DNA of 64,000 nt from an uncultured Lachnospiraceae bacterium (GTDB lineage Bacteria > Bacillota > Clostridia > Oscillospirales > CAG-272): assembly GCA_964582375.1 (NCBI GenBank), contig CAZORL010000002.1, positions 42,860-106,859 on the forward strand, given 5' to 3'. The position numbers and the translations under genes are program-made. Every line of letters begins with the position of its first letter. The first letter of the stretch is position 1. The notes below the pieces were generated by a model that saw only the letters and a list, made by a program, of their open reading frames with translations, made no database searches and was not told the origin of the DNA. Positions 47,522 to 56,788 of this stretch are shown in pieces.

Positions 47522-49867
47522 TCAATCAATACCGCCTGCGTCGCCGTCAGCCGTATCGAGATATCTGCATGTGATCTTGATAACACTTCCGTATTTTGCG
47601 CTCTCGCCAGCCTTGATGCTTTGTGCGATGACGGTAGCACCACTTCCGAGAGCGTAATTTGACGTTCCTTCAATATAGATGTTGAACCCGAGTGCATAAA
47701 GTTGCTTTATGGCAACTGCCGCACTTTGACCTGTTATGTTCGGCACGGTGATCGGTGCAGGCTCGGTCTCTCCGCCTGTATACAAAATAACCTTACCGTT
47801 TATATTGGTAACATATTCGCCCGATTCGGGTATCTGAGCGGTCACGGTCTTACCGTCTCCGACTATCTCATAATCGATCTCTTGCTTCTTTGCTTGTTCG
47901 ATCGCGTTTTCGACGCTGAGTCCGCTGTACTTTTTCACCTTGACGGCAATTCGCGACATTTCGTCCTCGGAATACACACGCTCAACACCGAGATAGGGCA
48001 AAACCTGCTCCAAAACCGCGGCGACATAGGGGGCAGCGACATTCGAGCCGTATTTGTTGTTGATCTGAGGTTCATCGACAATGATTATCACGCATATCTG
48101 CGGATCGTCTGCAGGCGCGATCGCAACGCACGAACCGACTCTTGCGGTCTCATCGGGGTTATCTCTTTTTTGTGATGTGCCCGTCTTAGCGGCAACACGA
48201 TAGCCTGCGACATATGCGTTGGCGACGCCGTTTCCGGTGGAGACGCCATCTCTGAGGACATCCATGATCGAACTGCTGACAGCCTTGCTTATTACCTGCC
48301 GTTTGGTTCCCGAGTCAAATGAAATCACTTCATTTCCGTTTTTGTCGGTGATCGCACTGACTATGTGAGGTGTAACAAGATATCCGCCGTTTGCGACCGC
48401 ACTTATCGCCGTGATCTGCTGTATTGGGGTAGTCTTAAAGGTCTGACCGAAGCTGTAGCAAGCAAGCTCGACAGCGTTAAGTCCCGACTGCTTGACAAAA
48501 AGTCCGCTCGATTCGCCGGGCAGGTCGATACCTGTTTTCGATGTATATCCGAATGCCTCGAAATATTTATAGAAGTTTTTAGAACCCACTCTTGCGGCGA
48601 CCTGCATGATCGTCGGGTTACAAGAGAGCTGGAGGAGCTTATTAAATGTTTGCGTTCCGTGACCGCCTGCTTTATGGCATCTGATGGTGCTTCCTGCGAC
48701 CTTCATGCTTCCGCTGCATGTAAAGCTGTTCGAAAAACTGACAACATGTTCCTCAAGTGCCATTGCGGTCGTTATCATCTTGAATGTAGAGCCCGGCTCA
48801 TAAAGATCGTTTACTGCCTTATTATTCCACATTTTATAGACAAGCGTCCAAAAATATTCATTTTTTGCCTCATCTTCGGTCTTTCCGTCGGCACTGTCGG
48901 GATCATAAGTCCAATTCTCATAAAGATCTGCAAATTCCTCTGTCAGTGTATACGGATCGTTGAGATCAAAATTCGGGTATGTACCCATGCCATATATTTC
49001 GCCGTCATTCGGGTTCATGACGATGCCGGTCACTCTCTCGGCTGCCTTTGAGTCGGTATAGGTCTGTTTAAGCTGTTTTTCGAGGATGCTCTGTATGGTA
49101 ACATCAATGGTCGAAACAACATTAAGTCCGTCTTCGGGTTCGATATACATATTGTACTGCGACGGCATATTCTGACTTTGCGCATCCTTATTTGCGATAT
49201 AGCGACCCGGAGTTCCGGTGAGATAGCTGTTATATTTCAGTTCGATTCCGATAAGTCCGCCGTCGGTTCCGTTTAGTCCGATAACAGATGACGCAAGCGA
49301 TCCGTAGCGGTAATATCGTTTGGAGGATGCCTCGAGATAGACCTGGAGCGAAAATTCGTTATCGGCAATTACCTTTCGAATTTCTTCGGCTCTGTTTGCA
49401 TCGACATTTTTCTCGAGCGTGGTATCTTTTTTGGTGCTGTATTTATTGATCTGAGCGATAATCTCCTCTTTTGTAAGCTCGCTTACCTCGGAGAGCTTTT
49501 CCGCAACGAGTGCTATCTGCTCATCGGCGCACTTTTTCTTGCCGGACTCTATTTCATCGGCACTCATTCCCGACTTTTCTTCAAATTTTGCCTGACCTGC
49601 CTTGATGATATCGGATGGAGAGACGAAAAATCTGTAGGTGGTGACATTGGTCGCCAGTGCCACCATATTTCGGTCATATATGAGTCCGCGATCGGCGGGA
49701 ACTACCGTCTCCTGCTGAATATTGTCAATTACCTTGCTCCTGTATTCGTCATAGCGTTTGATCTGAAGATCAAAGAGCTTATAAACAAGTATTGCGCAAA
49801 GCACGAGCATAAACGCCATGAGCCACATACAACGGTGATCTATCTCGCGAAATCGTCTTTTCTCCAT
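47522..49867 (-). CDS. Class B penicillin-binding protein (FtsI/PBP2B/SpoVD-type) with two PASTA domains
   Basis: N-terminal transmembrane segment, STFK and KTGT motifs, and two C-terminal PASTA-like repeats. Confidence 0.93.
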   Translation of the reverse strand: MEKRRFREIDHRCMWLMAFMLVLCAILVYKLFDLQIKRYDEYRSKVIDNIQQETVVPADRGLIYDRNMVALATNVTTYRFFVSPSDIIKAGQAKFEEKSGMSADEIESGKKKCADEQIALVAEKLSEVSELTKEEIIAQINKYSTKKDTTLEKNVDANRAEEIRKVIADNEFSLQVYLEASSKRYYRYGSLASSVIGLNGTDGGLIGIELKYNSYLTGTPGRYIANKDAQSQNMPSQYNMYIEPEDGLNVVSTIDVTIQSILEKQLKQTYTDSKAAERVTGIVMNPNDGEIYGMGTYPNFDLNDPYTLTEEFADLYENWTYDPDSADGKTEDEAKNEYFWTLVYKMWNNKAVNDLYEPGSTFKMITTAMALEEHVVSFSNSFTCSGSMKVAGSTIRCHKAGGHGTQTFNKLLQLSCNPTIMQVAARVGSKNFYKYFEAFGYTSKTGIDLPGESSGLFVKQSGLNAVELACYSFGQTFKTTPIQQITAISAVANGGYLVTPHIVSAITDKNGNEVISFDSGTKRQVISKAVSSSIMDVLRDGVSTGNGVANAYVAGYRVAAKTGTSQKRDNPDETARVGSCVAIAPADDPQICVIIIVDEPQINNKYGSNVAAPYVAAVLEQVLPYLGVERVYSEDEMSRIAVKVKKYSGLSVENAIEQAKKQEIDYEIVGDGKTVTAQIPESGEYVTNINGKVILYTGGETEPAPITVPNITGQSAAVAIKQLYALGFNIYIEGTSNYALGSGATVIAQSIKAGESAKYGSVIKITCRYLDTADGDAGGID

Positions 49868-49918
49868 CAGACACGCTCTCCTTTTCGAATTTTCGGTGCT
49901 TTTTCATAACGCAAAATT

Positions 49919-49949
49919 GAGAGTACGGCAGACCCCTGCCCTTACTCTC
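49919..49949 (-). promoter_or_regulatory. GC-rich hairpin between ftsL and the PBP gene (possible attenuator or processing site)
   Basis: gagagta-a-gggcag-gggt-ctgcc-g-tactctc on the minus strand, followed by AATTTT. Confidence 0.35.
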
Positions 49950-49968
49950 AAACTCTGCCATAACAAGT

Positions 49969-50583
49969 TTATTCGCCTTTGCTTATTGTATTCCATGTGC
50001 GAACGAACGATTCGGATATTGCCGAAAGTATAGTTCCGAAAACGCCGTCCATCAGCTCGTCCTCTGTCTCGTAGACCGTAACATCCTCATTGCCTACCGA
50101 GCTTACATGTACCTGATCTGTATCCGAATCCTTGACCATACCCGAATTATTTATGTAATCCTCGACGGCGATCATATCGACCGTTGCCTCGATCTTGGAG
50201 TTGAGGTTGTTTTTTTCTTTTTCAAGCGAGCTCAGCTTGCTTTTCAGCTCGGATATTTTCACGGAAGTTTCGCTTATCTCGACTCTTCCCTGCACCATCA
50301 TAACGAGCATTACCGCAAGGATAGATGCTATAATTATTGTTCCGAGTATCGACTGCTTTCTGACCTTTGACTTTCCGACGACCTCGCGCCCTTTTTTGGG
50401 GTTGCTTCGAGCGGGGGCTTTTTTTGGTGCTGTCGTATCGGTAATCACGACGGCGTTTGATGTTCCTTGGCTTTTACTGCCATCTATGTCAACGGGATCG
50501 ACCCACCCGGTGCTTTCGGTATTGTCATATCTGACTTTTGAATAGTCAAGATCGACATCAAGATTCTTCTTTGACCTCGCCAT
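49969..50583 (-). CDS. ftsL: FtsL-like septum formation protein (bitopic, coiled coil)
   Basis: Single transmembrane segment followed by a leucine-zipper-like coiled coil (ISELKSKLSSLEKEKNNLNSKIE), positioned between rsmH and the PBP gene. Confidence 0.7.
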   Translation of the reverse strand: MARSKKNLDVDLDYSKVRYDNTESTGWVDPVDIDGSKSQGTSNAVVITDTTAPKKAPARSNPKKGREVVGKSKVRKQSILGTIIIASILAVMLVMMVQGRVEISETSVKISELKSKLSSLEKEKNNLNSKIEATVDMIAVEDYINNSGMVKDSDTDQVHVSSVGNEDVTVYETEDELMDGVFGTILSAISESFVRTWNTISKGE

Positions 50584-50595
50584 CGCATATGCTCC

Positions 50596-51531
50596 TTACT
50601 GTATTTTTTCTGCTATCCTCAATTTTGCACTTCTCGATCTTGGATTGACCTCGAGTTCTTCCTCTGAAGGAAGTATCGGTTTTTTATTTACAAGCTTTAT
50701 TTTGGGTTTGTTTCCGCAGACGCATATCGGAAATGATCTCGGACAGGTACACCCCTGTGCGAGAGATGCAAAGGTCTGCTTTACTATTCGATCTTCAAGA
50801 GAATGGAATGTAATGATCGCTATCCTGCCGCCGGGTGAGAGCCTATCGACAAGTGCACGGATCGCCGGCTCGATCACCGAAAGTTCACGATTGACCTCGA
50901 TCCTTATCGCCTGAAAGCTCTTTTTAGCAGGGTGATGACCACCGACGAGCGCCTTTGGAGGCATGGCGGAACGAATGATATCAACAAGCTCGAGTGTGCT
51001 CCTTATCGGGGCACTCTCACGGTGTCTGACTATCGCCGCCGCAATAGACGATGCATACTGCTCCTCACCGTATGCGTACAATATTCTTTTTAGTTCACTC
51101 TCATCATATCCGTTTACGACATCGTACGCCGTAAGGGTCGCACTCTCGTCCATTCTCATATCGAGAGGTGCATCATATTTATACGAAAATCCGCGTTCCG
51201 GTGTGTCAAGCTGATATGACGAAACACCGAGATCGATCAGTGCGCCCGATATTTTGTCTATCGACAGCCTGTCCAGTGCCGATGCGATATTTTCAAAATT
51301 TTCATTAACAAATGTCGTTTTATCGAGATAGTCACAAAGTCTCTCGCGTGCCGCCGATATTGCGGTCATATCCTGATCGACCGCTACAAGCCGTCCGTTT
51401 CCGATATGCTTTACTATCTCAAGACTGTGTCCGCCGCCGCCTGCCGTGCAATCGACATAGACACCGTCCGATACGGCGAGTCCATCGACCGCCTCATGAA
51501 GCATTACCGAGTAATGCGAAAAGCCGCTCAT
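50596..51531 (-). CDS. rsmH: 16S rRNA (cytosine1402-N4)-methyltransferase
   Basis: HYSVMLHEAV, DCTAGGGGHS and FHSLEDRIVK motifs. Confidence 0.96.
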   Translation of the reverse strand: MSGFSHYSVMLHEAVDGLAVSDGVYVDCTAGGGGHSLEIVKHIGNGRLVAVDQDMTAISAARERLCDYLDKTTFVNENFENIASALDRLSIDKISGALIDLGVSSYQLDTPERGFSYKYDAPLDMRMDESATLTAYDVVNGYDESELKRILYAYGEEQYASSIAAAIVRHRESAPIRSTLELVDIIRSAMPPKALVGGHHPAKKSFQAIRIEVNRELSVIEPAIRALVDRLSPGGRIAIITFHSLEDRIVKQTFASLAQGCTCPRSFPICVCGNKPKIKLVNKKPILPSEEELEVNPRSRSAKLRIAEKIQ

Positions 51532-51965
51532 GTATCTTCCCTGCTTTCGAGAAGGGCGCGGATGCCGCCGACATCCATGCCGACATCCTGCTTGTCAAAG
51601 GTTGCCTCATCCCAAAGCTCAACATGATCGAACGCACCCGAGCTGACAACGTTTTTCTCAAGTCCGGCAAAATCTCTGTATTCGCCCGGCAAAGCGATCC
51701 TTCCCTGCGAGTCGGCTTGAAGCTCCTCAGAGTTTGAGCCGAGCCACGAAAGCATCTCACCCGCCTTGACCTTGGGAAGTCTGCTCAGTGTATCCGCGAC
51801 ATAGCCGTCAAAGCCTTCAAGGCTGTAGATCCTTATACAATTGCCTGTAAGCGATTTGGTCACGAAGATCCTGCTTCCGAGTTTCTTCAAGAACTTGGAA
51901 GGAATAAAGACACGGTTTTTATCATCGATGGTATGACGCTGTTTGCCTATAAGCCACTCTGCCAC
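51528..51965 (-). CDS. mraZ: Transcriptional regulator MraZ
   Basis: A GTG start at 51965 after GGGGGA gives MAEWLIGKQRHTIDDKNRVFIPSKF, the canonical MraZ N-terminus, and 145 aa. The longer ORF in the track adds 36 non-homologous residues. Confidence 0.88.
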   Translation of the reverse strand: MAEWLIGKQRHTIDDKNRVFIPSKFLKKLGSRIFVTKSLTGNCIRIYSLEGFDGYVADTLSRLPKVKAGEMLSWLGSNSEELQADSQGRIALPGEYRDFAGLEKNVVSSGAFDHVELWDEATFDKQDVGMDVGGIRALLESREDT

Positions 51966-52044
51966 TGCTCTATCCCCCACTTTCCTGTTTTTTATCCGTT
52001 CGATTGGCGTTCTTTTATTGTATTTCGCTCCACGGCACGGTCTC

Positions 52045-52073
52045 ATTATAATATATTCGTCCCGTGAATGCAA
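52045..52073 (-). promoter_or_regulatory. SigA-type promoter of the mraZ/dcw operon
   Basis: Minus strand reads TTGCATtcacgggacgaatatatTATAAT with a 17-nt spacer. Confidence 0.55.
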
Positions 52074-52190
52074 TAGTTTTTTTTGAAATTTCGGTTCATT
52101 TTTTTCTTTTTTTTACAGTGCGAAACAGACATTTGCTTTTGGCCCGTTCTGCTCTGAACAAATGTTCTTTCAATGGGGTAAAAAGGAGAC

Positions 52191-52230
52191 TGCGTGCATC
52201 GCTCCGATCGAAGGCAGAGCGATGCACGCA
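52191..52230 (-). terminator. coaD terminator
   Basis: tgcgtgcatcgct/agcgatgcacgca 13-bp stem followed on the minus strand by GTCTCCTTTTT. Confidence 0.7.
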
Positions 52231-52249
52231 GAATGACTATCGTGTAATT

Positions 52250-52705
52250 TTATATGAGTTTTGCTACCTCCGGGGGGAGATATTTTTCGAGATCTTGATG
52301 ATATTTGATCATTTCCCTTGCGACGGTCGATGAAATATGCATGTGCTCGGGAGAGGCAGCAAGGAAGATGGTCTCAATCGGCGAGATCGTCTTATTTACC
52401 CGATCGAGTACGCACTCGTAATCAAGATCGAGCGGCGAGCGCACTCCTTTAACGATCGCATCAATACCGTTTGCTGCCGCGAACTTTGCGACAAGTCCAT
52501 TACAGACATCGACCGAAACATTTTGGAGATCGTCTGTACAAGCGTGAAGCATTTTGATCCGCGTCTCAAGAGAGTATGCGTACTTTTTCTCGCTGTTTTC
52601 GGCGAGTGCCACAACTACCTCGTCAAAGAGTGCAGAGGATCGTTTTATGATATCAAGATGCCCGAGTGTGGGAGGGTCGAAACTGCCGGTTATCATTACT
52701 CTCAT
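52250..52705 (-). CDS. coaD: Phosphopantetheine adenylyltransferase
   Basis: The GSFDPPTLGHLDII motif and 151 aa length. Confidence 0.96.
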   Translation of the reverse strand: MRVMITGSFDPPTLGHLDIIKRSSALFDEVVVALAENSEKKYAYSLETRIKMLHACTDDLQNVSVDVCNGLVAKFAAANGIDAIVKGVRSPLDLDYECVLDRVNKTISPIETIFLAASPEHMHISSTVAREMIKYHQDLEKYLPPEVAKLI

Positions 52706-53262
52706 AAGCTGCTCTCCTTTTCGAGAAGTGTGATATACACCCTGCCGTATCTTGCAAATCGCTTTTGAGCAAACCCATCATATACGACAGGCTTGTCCGA
52801 GTCGGTCTCGCAAATGATGAGTGCCTTATCGGACAGCAGATCTGCCGCAACAAGGCGACGCAGGGCATCGGGAATATAGCCCGAAGAGTAAGGCGGATCG
52901 AGAAAAACTATATCAAATCTGCCGCCGTCTCCCGTGCGCATAGTATCGATAAGCCGTTTATAATCGGATGAGACGACCCTTACCTGATCCTCGAATTTAG
53001 TTTTTGCAACATTTTCTCTGATGACACCGACCGCATCTTTATCGGCATCGGCGATAAGAGCATAAGACGCACCTCTGGAGAGAGCCTCGAGAGCGAGTTG
53101 TCCGCTACCGCCGAACAGATCGAGCACGCGAGCACCCTCAAGATCGAAATTGATCATTGAAAAGAGGGCCTCTTTTACCCTTTCGGCTGTCGGGCGGGTA
53201 ACATCCTCGCCGCTAAGTGTTTTAAGTTTCATTCCCTTTCTGCTTCCGGTTATAATACGCAT
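52702..53262 (-). CDS. rsmD: 16S rRNA (guanine966-N2)-methyltransferase
   Basis: MRIITGS..G, DLFGGSG and FLDPPY motifs, with a 4-nt overlap with coaD. Confidence 0.93.
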   Translation of the reverse strand: MRIITGSRKGMKLKTLSGEDVTRPTAERVKEALFSMINFDLEGARVLDLFGGSGQLALEALSRGASYALIADADKDAVGVIRENVAKTKFEDQVRVVSSDYKRLIDTMRTGDGGRFDIVFLDPPYSSGYIPDALRRLVAADLLSDKALIICETDSDKPVVYDGFAQKRFARYGRVYITLLEKESSL

Positions 53263-53286
53263 ATCTCATTCCCCTGTTCGGTATAC

Positions 53287-55128
53287 TTATTTTTTGCCTT
53301 TTTCGGCTCTGGTTGTAAAATAATTGTGAACATTTTCGGCATCACGTTTTGAGATACCCTTGACCTCTGCAATCAGCGAAACATCAGCCGACGCTATGGC
53401 ACCAATGCTCTTAAACGCAGCAAGAAGTGTCCTCGCCTTGGACTGACCGATTCCCGGTATCTCTTCGAGTTTCGAATGCTTCACCGACTCGCCCTTTGCG
53501 CGGCGAACCGTTCCGACCGTGAATCTGTGGACCTCTTCCTGGATCCTGTAAATAAAGCGAAACACCGATTGCTCGCGTGCGATACTTATTTCGTTTTCGC
53601 CGTCTGTCAGTGCCCTGGTCTTGTGAAAATCATCCTTGACCATTCCAAAGATCGGCGTATCTATCCCGTATTTGTCAAAAAGCGTGCGAATGGTCGAAAC
53701 ATGCCCTTTGCCGCCGTCAAGCAAAAACAGATCGGGGAGCGGATTTTCGTCTCGCCTTTGCAGTCTGCGCTCGAGTGCCTCGGTCATTGACAGATAATCG
53801 TTTTGCGAGTCGGTAGACTTGATCTTATATGTTCGATAGCCCTTTTTGTTAAACTTGCCATCGCATATCGATATTATGCCCGCGGTGATATTGTCGTCGC
53901 CGTAGTTTGATATATCGATCGCCTCTATGGTTTCGGGAACGACCTCAAGCGAAAGCATCGTCGCAAGATTTACGAGCGTTTCATCATCCTTTTCGCTCTC
54001 GGCAAGATATTGTCTTGCATGCAGGGCGGCATTTTCGGCAACCATCTCGCAAAGTGCGCGAAGCTCACCCTTTTGCGGCACACGCACCTCGACGCGTCTG
54101 CCCGATGTCTCGGTAAGCAGATCGGACAGCAGATCCTCGCCGTGATCGCCGAGTTCAAATCCAAGAAGCACAGTCTTCGGGATGTACTCTCTGGAGGCAT
54201 ATATTCTCGAGATGACCGACAGAAGTGTCTGACCGTCGATGATATTATCAGCTGCGAATATTCGATTGTCCGAATCGATTACCGCGCCGTCGCGAACATA
54301 ATAGGTCGCAAGGCAGGAGCAAAGATCTGATGTGTAGAGTGCGAATATATCGTACTCCGAGTCGGGCTTTCCGACGACTCTTTGCTTTTGCCGCAGTGCC
54401 TCGACCGCAAGAAGTCTGTCCCTATATCTTGCCGCCGCCTCGAAATGAAGATTTTCGGACGCAAAGCGCATTTTTTCGTCAAGTGCGCTCTTAACATCCG
54501 AGTAATTTCCGCGAAGGAATGATATGACCTCCGAAAAGCGTTCCGAATACTCCTCGGGAGGCAGTTCGCCCGTACAAGGTGCGCAACATTGTCCTATATG
54601 CTTATAAAGGCAGGGGCGGCTCTTTCCGATATCGCGCGGAAAGGAAAGCTTACAGCTCGGGAGCATAAACACCTTTCGAACGGTCGTGAGCAGATTCCAC
54701 GCAACCGTATTTCCCGAATACGGACCGAAATATTTTGCCTTATCGGGAAGGCGTTTTCTGGTCAAGCTGACAGTGGGGTAAGGCTCGTCGATGGTCACCT
54801 TTATATAGGGATAGCTTTTGGCATCCTTGAGCAGGATATTATATTTCGGATTGTGAAGCTTTATCAGCTTATTTTCGAGCACAAGTGCCTCGATCTCGGT
54901 ATCGGTGAGCATATACTCGAAATCATAGACCGAATCGACCATGCGTGCGGTCTTGATATTCTTTTCCGAATCGGTAAAGTACTGTGTCACTCTGTTTTTG
55001 AGCGACTTGGATTTACCGACATATATGATCTTATCGCCCGCGCCGTGCATGATATAGACACCCGGAGACATCGGAAGTCTGTTTGCCTTTTCGCGAAGCT
55101 GATCTTTTGTCTTTCTTTCGACAGCCAT
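53287..55128 (-). CDS. uvrC: Excinuclease ABC subunit C
   Basis: GIY-YIG N-terminus (GVYIMH...IIYVGKSKSL), a UVR domain and a C-terminal HhH2. Confidence 0.96.
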   Translation of the reverse strand: MAVERKTKDQLREKANRLPMSPGVYIMHGAGDKIIYVGKSKSLKNRVTQYFTDSEKNIKTARMVDSVYDFEYMLTDTEIEALVLENKLIKLHNPKYNILLKDAKSYPYIKVTIDEPYPTVSLTRKRLPDKAKYFGPYSGNTVAWNLLTTVRKVFMLPSCKLSFPRDIGKSRPCLYKHIGQCCAPCTGELPPEEYSERFSEVISFLRGNYSDVKSALDEKMRFASENLHFEAAARYRDRLLAVEALRQKQRVVGKPDSEYDIFALYTSDLCSCLATYYVRDGAVIDSDNRIFAADNIIDGQTLLSVISRIYASREYIPKTVLLGFELGDHGEDLLSDLLTETSGRRVEVRVPQKGELRALCEMVAENAALHARQYLAESEKDDETLVNLATMLSLEVVPETIEAIDISNYGDDNITAGIISICDGKFNKKGYRTYKIKSTDSQNDYLSMTEALERRLQRRDENPLPDLFLLDGGKGHVSTIRTLFDKYGIDTPIFGMVKDDFHKTRALTDGENEISIAREQSVFRFIYRIQEEVHRFTVGTVRRAKGESVKHSKLEEIPGIGQSKARTLLAAFKSIGAIASADVSLIAEVKGISKRDAENVHNYFTTRAEKGKK

Positions 55129-55173
55129 TGATCATCCCACCGTTACTTATAAATAAAATATAAAGTCTGCAAC

Positions 55174-55208
55174 AAAAAAGCAGACCGCATATCATGTGTG
55201 CAGTCTGC
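55174..55208 (-). terminator. ptsH terminator
   Basis: gcagac/gtctgc stem with a 17-nt loop, followed on the minus strand by TTTTTTG. Confidence 0.55.
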
Positions 55209-55237
55209 CGATTTGATATCGGTCTCCCGATATCCGA

Positions 55238-55501
55238 TTATTCCTCACAGCCGTTTGCGATAAGCTCACAAAGACCGTCGAGTGCGTCAGCCTCGTCGGA
55301 TCCGTCGGCAGAAAGAGTGACGGTAGTATCCTTCACTATGCCGAGCGAGAGAACTCCGAGCAGGCTCTTGGCGTTAACTCTGCGTTCACCCTTTTCGATC
55401 CAGATCGTGCTTTTGTACTTGTTAGCCTTCTGAATGAAAAAAGTTGCGGGTCTTGCGTGAAGCCCTACCTGATTGTTTATCTTAATCTCGCGAGTGATCA
55501 T
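55238..55501 (-). CDS. ptsH: Phosphocarrier protein HPr
   Basis: 87 aa with His15 context GLHARPA and Ser46 context AKSLLGV. Confidence 0.93.
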   Translation of the reverse strand: MITREIKINNQVGLHARPATFFIQKANKYKSTIWIEKGERRVNAKSLLGVLSLGIVKDTTVTLSADGSDEADALDGLCELIANGCEE

Positions 55502-55572
55502 TGCTTTTCATAACTCCTTTTACATTTTACACTTCGGGGACTTTTGTCCAAACAAACATAACTATCTCTTTT

Positions 55573-55600
55573 ATTATAGCACTTTTTTCGGCAAAATCAA
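55573..55600 (-). promoter_or_regulatory. SigA-type promoter for ptsH
   Basis: Minus strand reads TTGATT, a 16-nt spacer, then TGcTATAAT. Confidence 0.5.
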
Positions 55601-55653
55601 GGGTTTTTCACTTTTTTTTTCAAAAATTGAAAAATTCGACAGTTTGCTCAAAA

Positions 55654-56187
55654 TCAATCGACTCGAGTTACCAAAATAGTATAATTTTGCCCTTTATCCG
55701 AGAGCGTGAGTGTCATCCCGACGGCAATTTTTTCCTTTCCCGCAAGATAAAACCCGCTGTCCTTTCGTGCACCCACTGCCGAAAGCGTTCCGCTGATCTT
55801 CTTTTTTGTGCTGTCACCGACACGCACGAACTCGTCGATCCTCGTCGTGTCCGGATTGACGGTCGATTTGAAAATGACCGTATCGGCATCCGAAACATCT
55901 ATATATCCCACCTCTCCGAACACCTTCGAGTCAAGGTAGAGAGTAGTTCCGACCTCCAGGGTGTTTGCCACCCGAGGATCGGCATCGGTTATAACAAAGC
56001 CGATGCTGACGCGGTCGCTTGCCATTGCCTCGGTCATCAGTGCCTCAAGACGTCCTCTGAAAAAGAAGGACACCACGGAGGCGACTATGAGCAGAAGGAG
56101 CAGGAGGTCGATAAGATTTCTGCGATATTTCTTTGCGCCGATCTTCGGTCGGCGATTGTTTTGCTCGTTGTACTCCATGTTCATCAT
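55654..56187 (-). CDS. Bitopic membrane protein, DUF4330-like (paralog B)
   Basis: N-terminal basic stretch plus a transmembrane segment, then a beta-rich ectodomain. It has a 4-nt overlap with the upstream paralog. The family name is recalled from memory, not searched. Confidence 0.6.
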   Translation of the reverse strand: MMNMEYNEQNNRRPKIGAKKYRRNLIDLLLLLLIVASVVSFFFRGRLEALMTEAMASDRVSIGFVITDADPRVANTLEVGTTLYLDSKVFGEVGYIDVSDADTVIFKSTVNPDTTRIDEFVRVGDSTKKKISGTLSAVGARKDSGFYLAGKEKIAVGMTLTLSDKGQNYTILVTRVD

Positions 56188-56762
56188 CCCTCCTTATCAA
56201 CGGTCCGATCGTCAGCATCGTCAACATCGATCTTTTGCACATCGGACACGGTCGCATCAAATTGGGCTTTTTTCGTTGACAGTGCAAGCGGCGCACCGAT
56301 CTTTATTTCGCGATCGGCAACAACATAGCCCGAATCGGTCTCTTTGCCTTGAGCCTCTATGGTTACAACAAGATCAAGATAACCGGGATAAGCAGCGTAC
56401 ACGAGAGAACCGTTTGAGTTGTCAAGTCCCGTTTTGACCATATGATCGGCATGTCCTATATGTGTGACCCTTCCGACAGCCTTTCCGTCAATATAGAAGG
56501 TATCACCGACCGAGAGAAAATCGCAAACTGCATCATCTCCCTGAGGTTCGACCGAATAAACGGTGGTATCTATGCCGCTGACACAAAGCGAAAACGAAAG
56601 ATCGACCGTCTCGCCGTCATCTTTACCGATCAGTGAAAAGACATCGGTGCCGCCGAATATCAGCAGAAGAGCAGTATAAACAAGTGCAAGTGCAAGAATA
56701 ACAAATCCGATCAGAACGGCAGTATCGGCAATGCCGAAACTCTTTTTATTTTTGGTTTTCAT
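56184..56762 (-). CDS. Bitopic membrane protein, DUF4330-like (paralog A)
   Basis: Same architecture as the downstream gene, 26 nt after the Wzy-like gene. Confidence 0.6.
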   Translation of the reverse strand: MKTKNKKSFGIADTAVLIGFVILALALVYTALLLIFGGTDVFSLIGKDDGETVDLSFSLCVSGIDTTVYSVEPQGDDAVCDFLSVGDTFYIDGKAVGRVTHIGHADHMVKTGLDNSNGSLVYAAYPGYLDLVVTIEAQGKETDSGYVVADREIKIGAPLALSTKKAQFDATVSDVQKIDVDDADDRTVDKEG

Positions 56763-56788
56763 CTGTTATCATCTTCCTTTCATTGAGC

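Noticed and set aside
51966-52073. N-terminal 36-aa extension of mraZ, with similar long-ORF extensions for rpsT, sepF, rimM, murE, murF, yybS and the 28886 gene
   Set aside because: The internal starts give canonical family N-termini and have proper Shine-Dalgarno spacing. The extensions overlap RBSs or promoters.
52064-52333. 89-aa plus-strand ORF in the mraZ-coaD intergenic region, and an 80-aa minus-strand ORF at 60589-60831
   Set aside because: They span promoter and terminator sequences, lack an RBS, and have low-complexity or implausible products.
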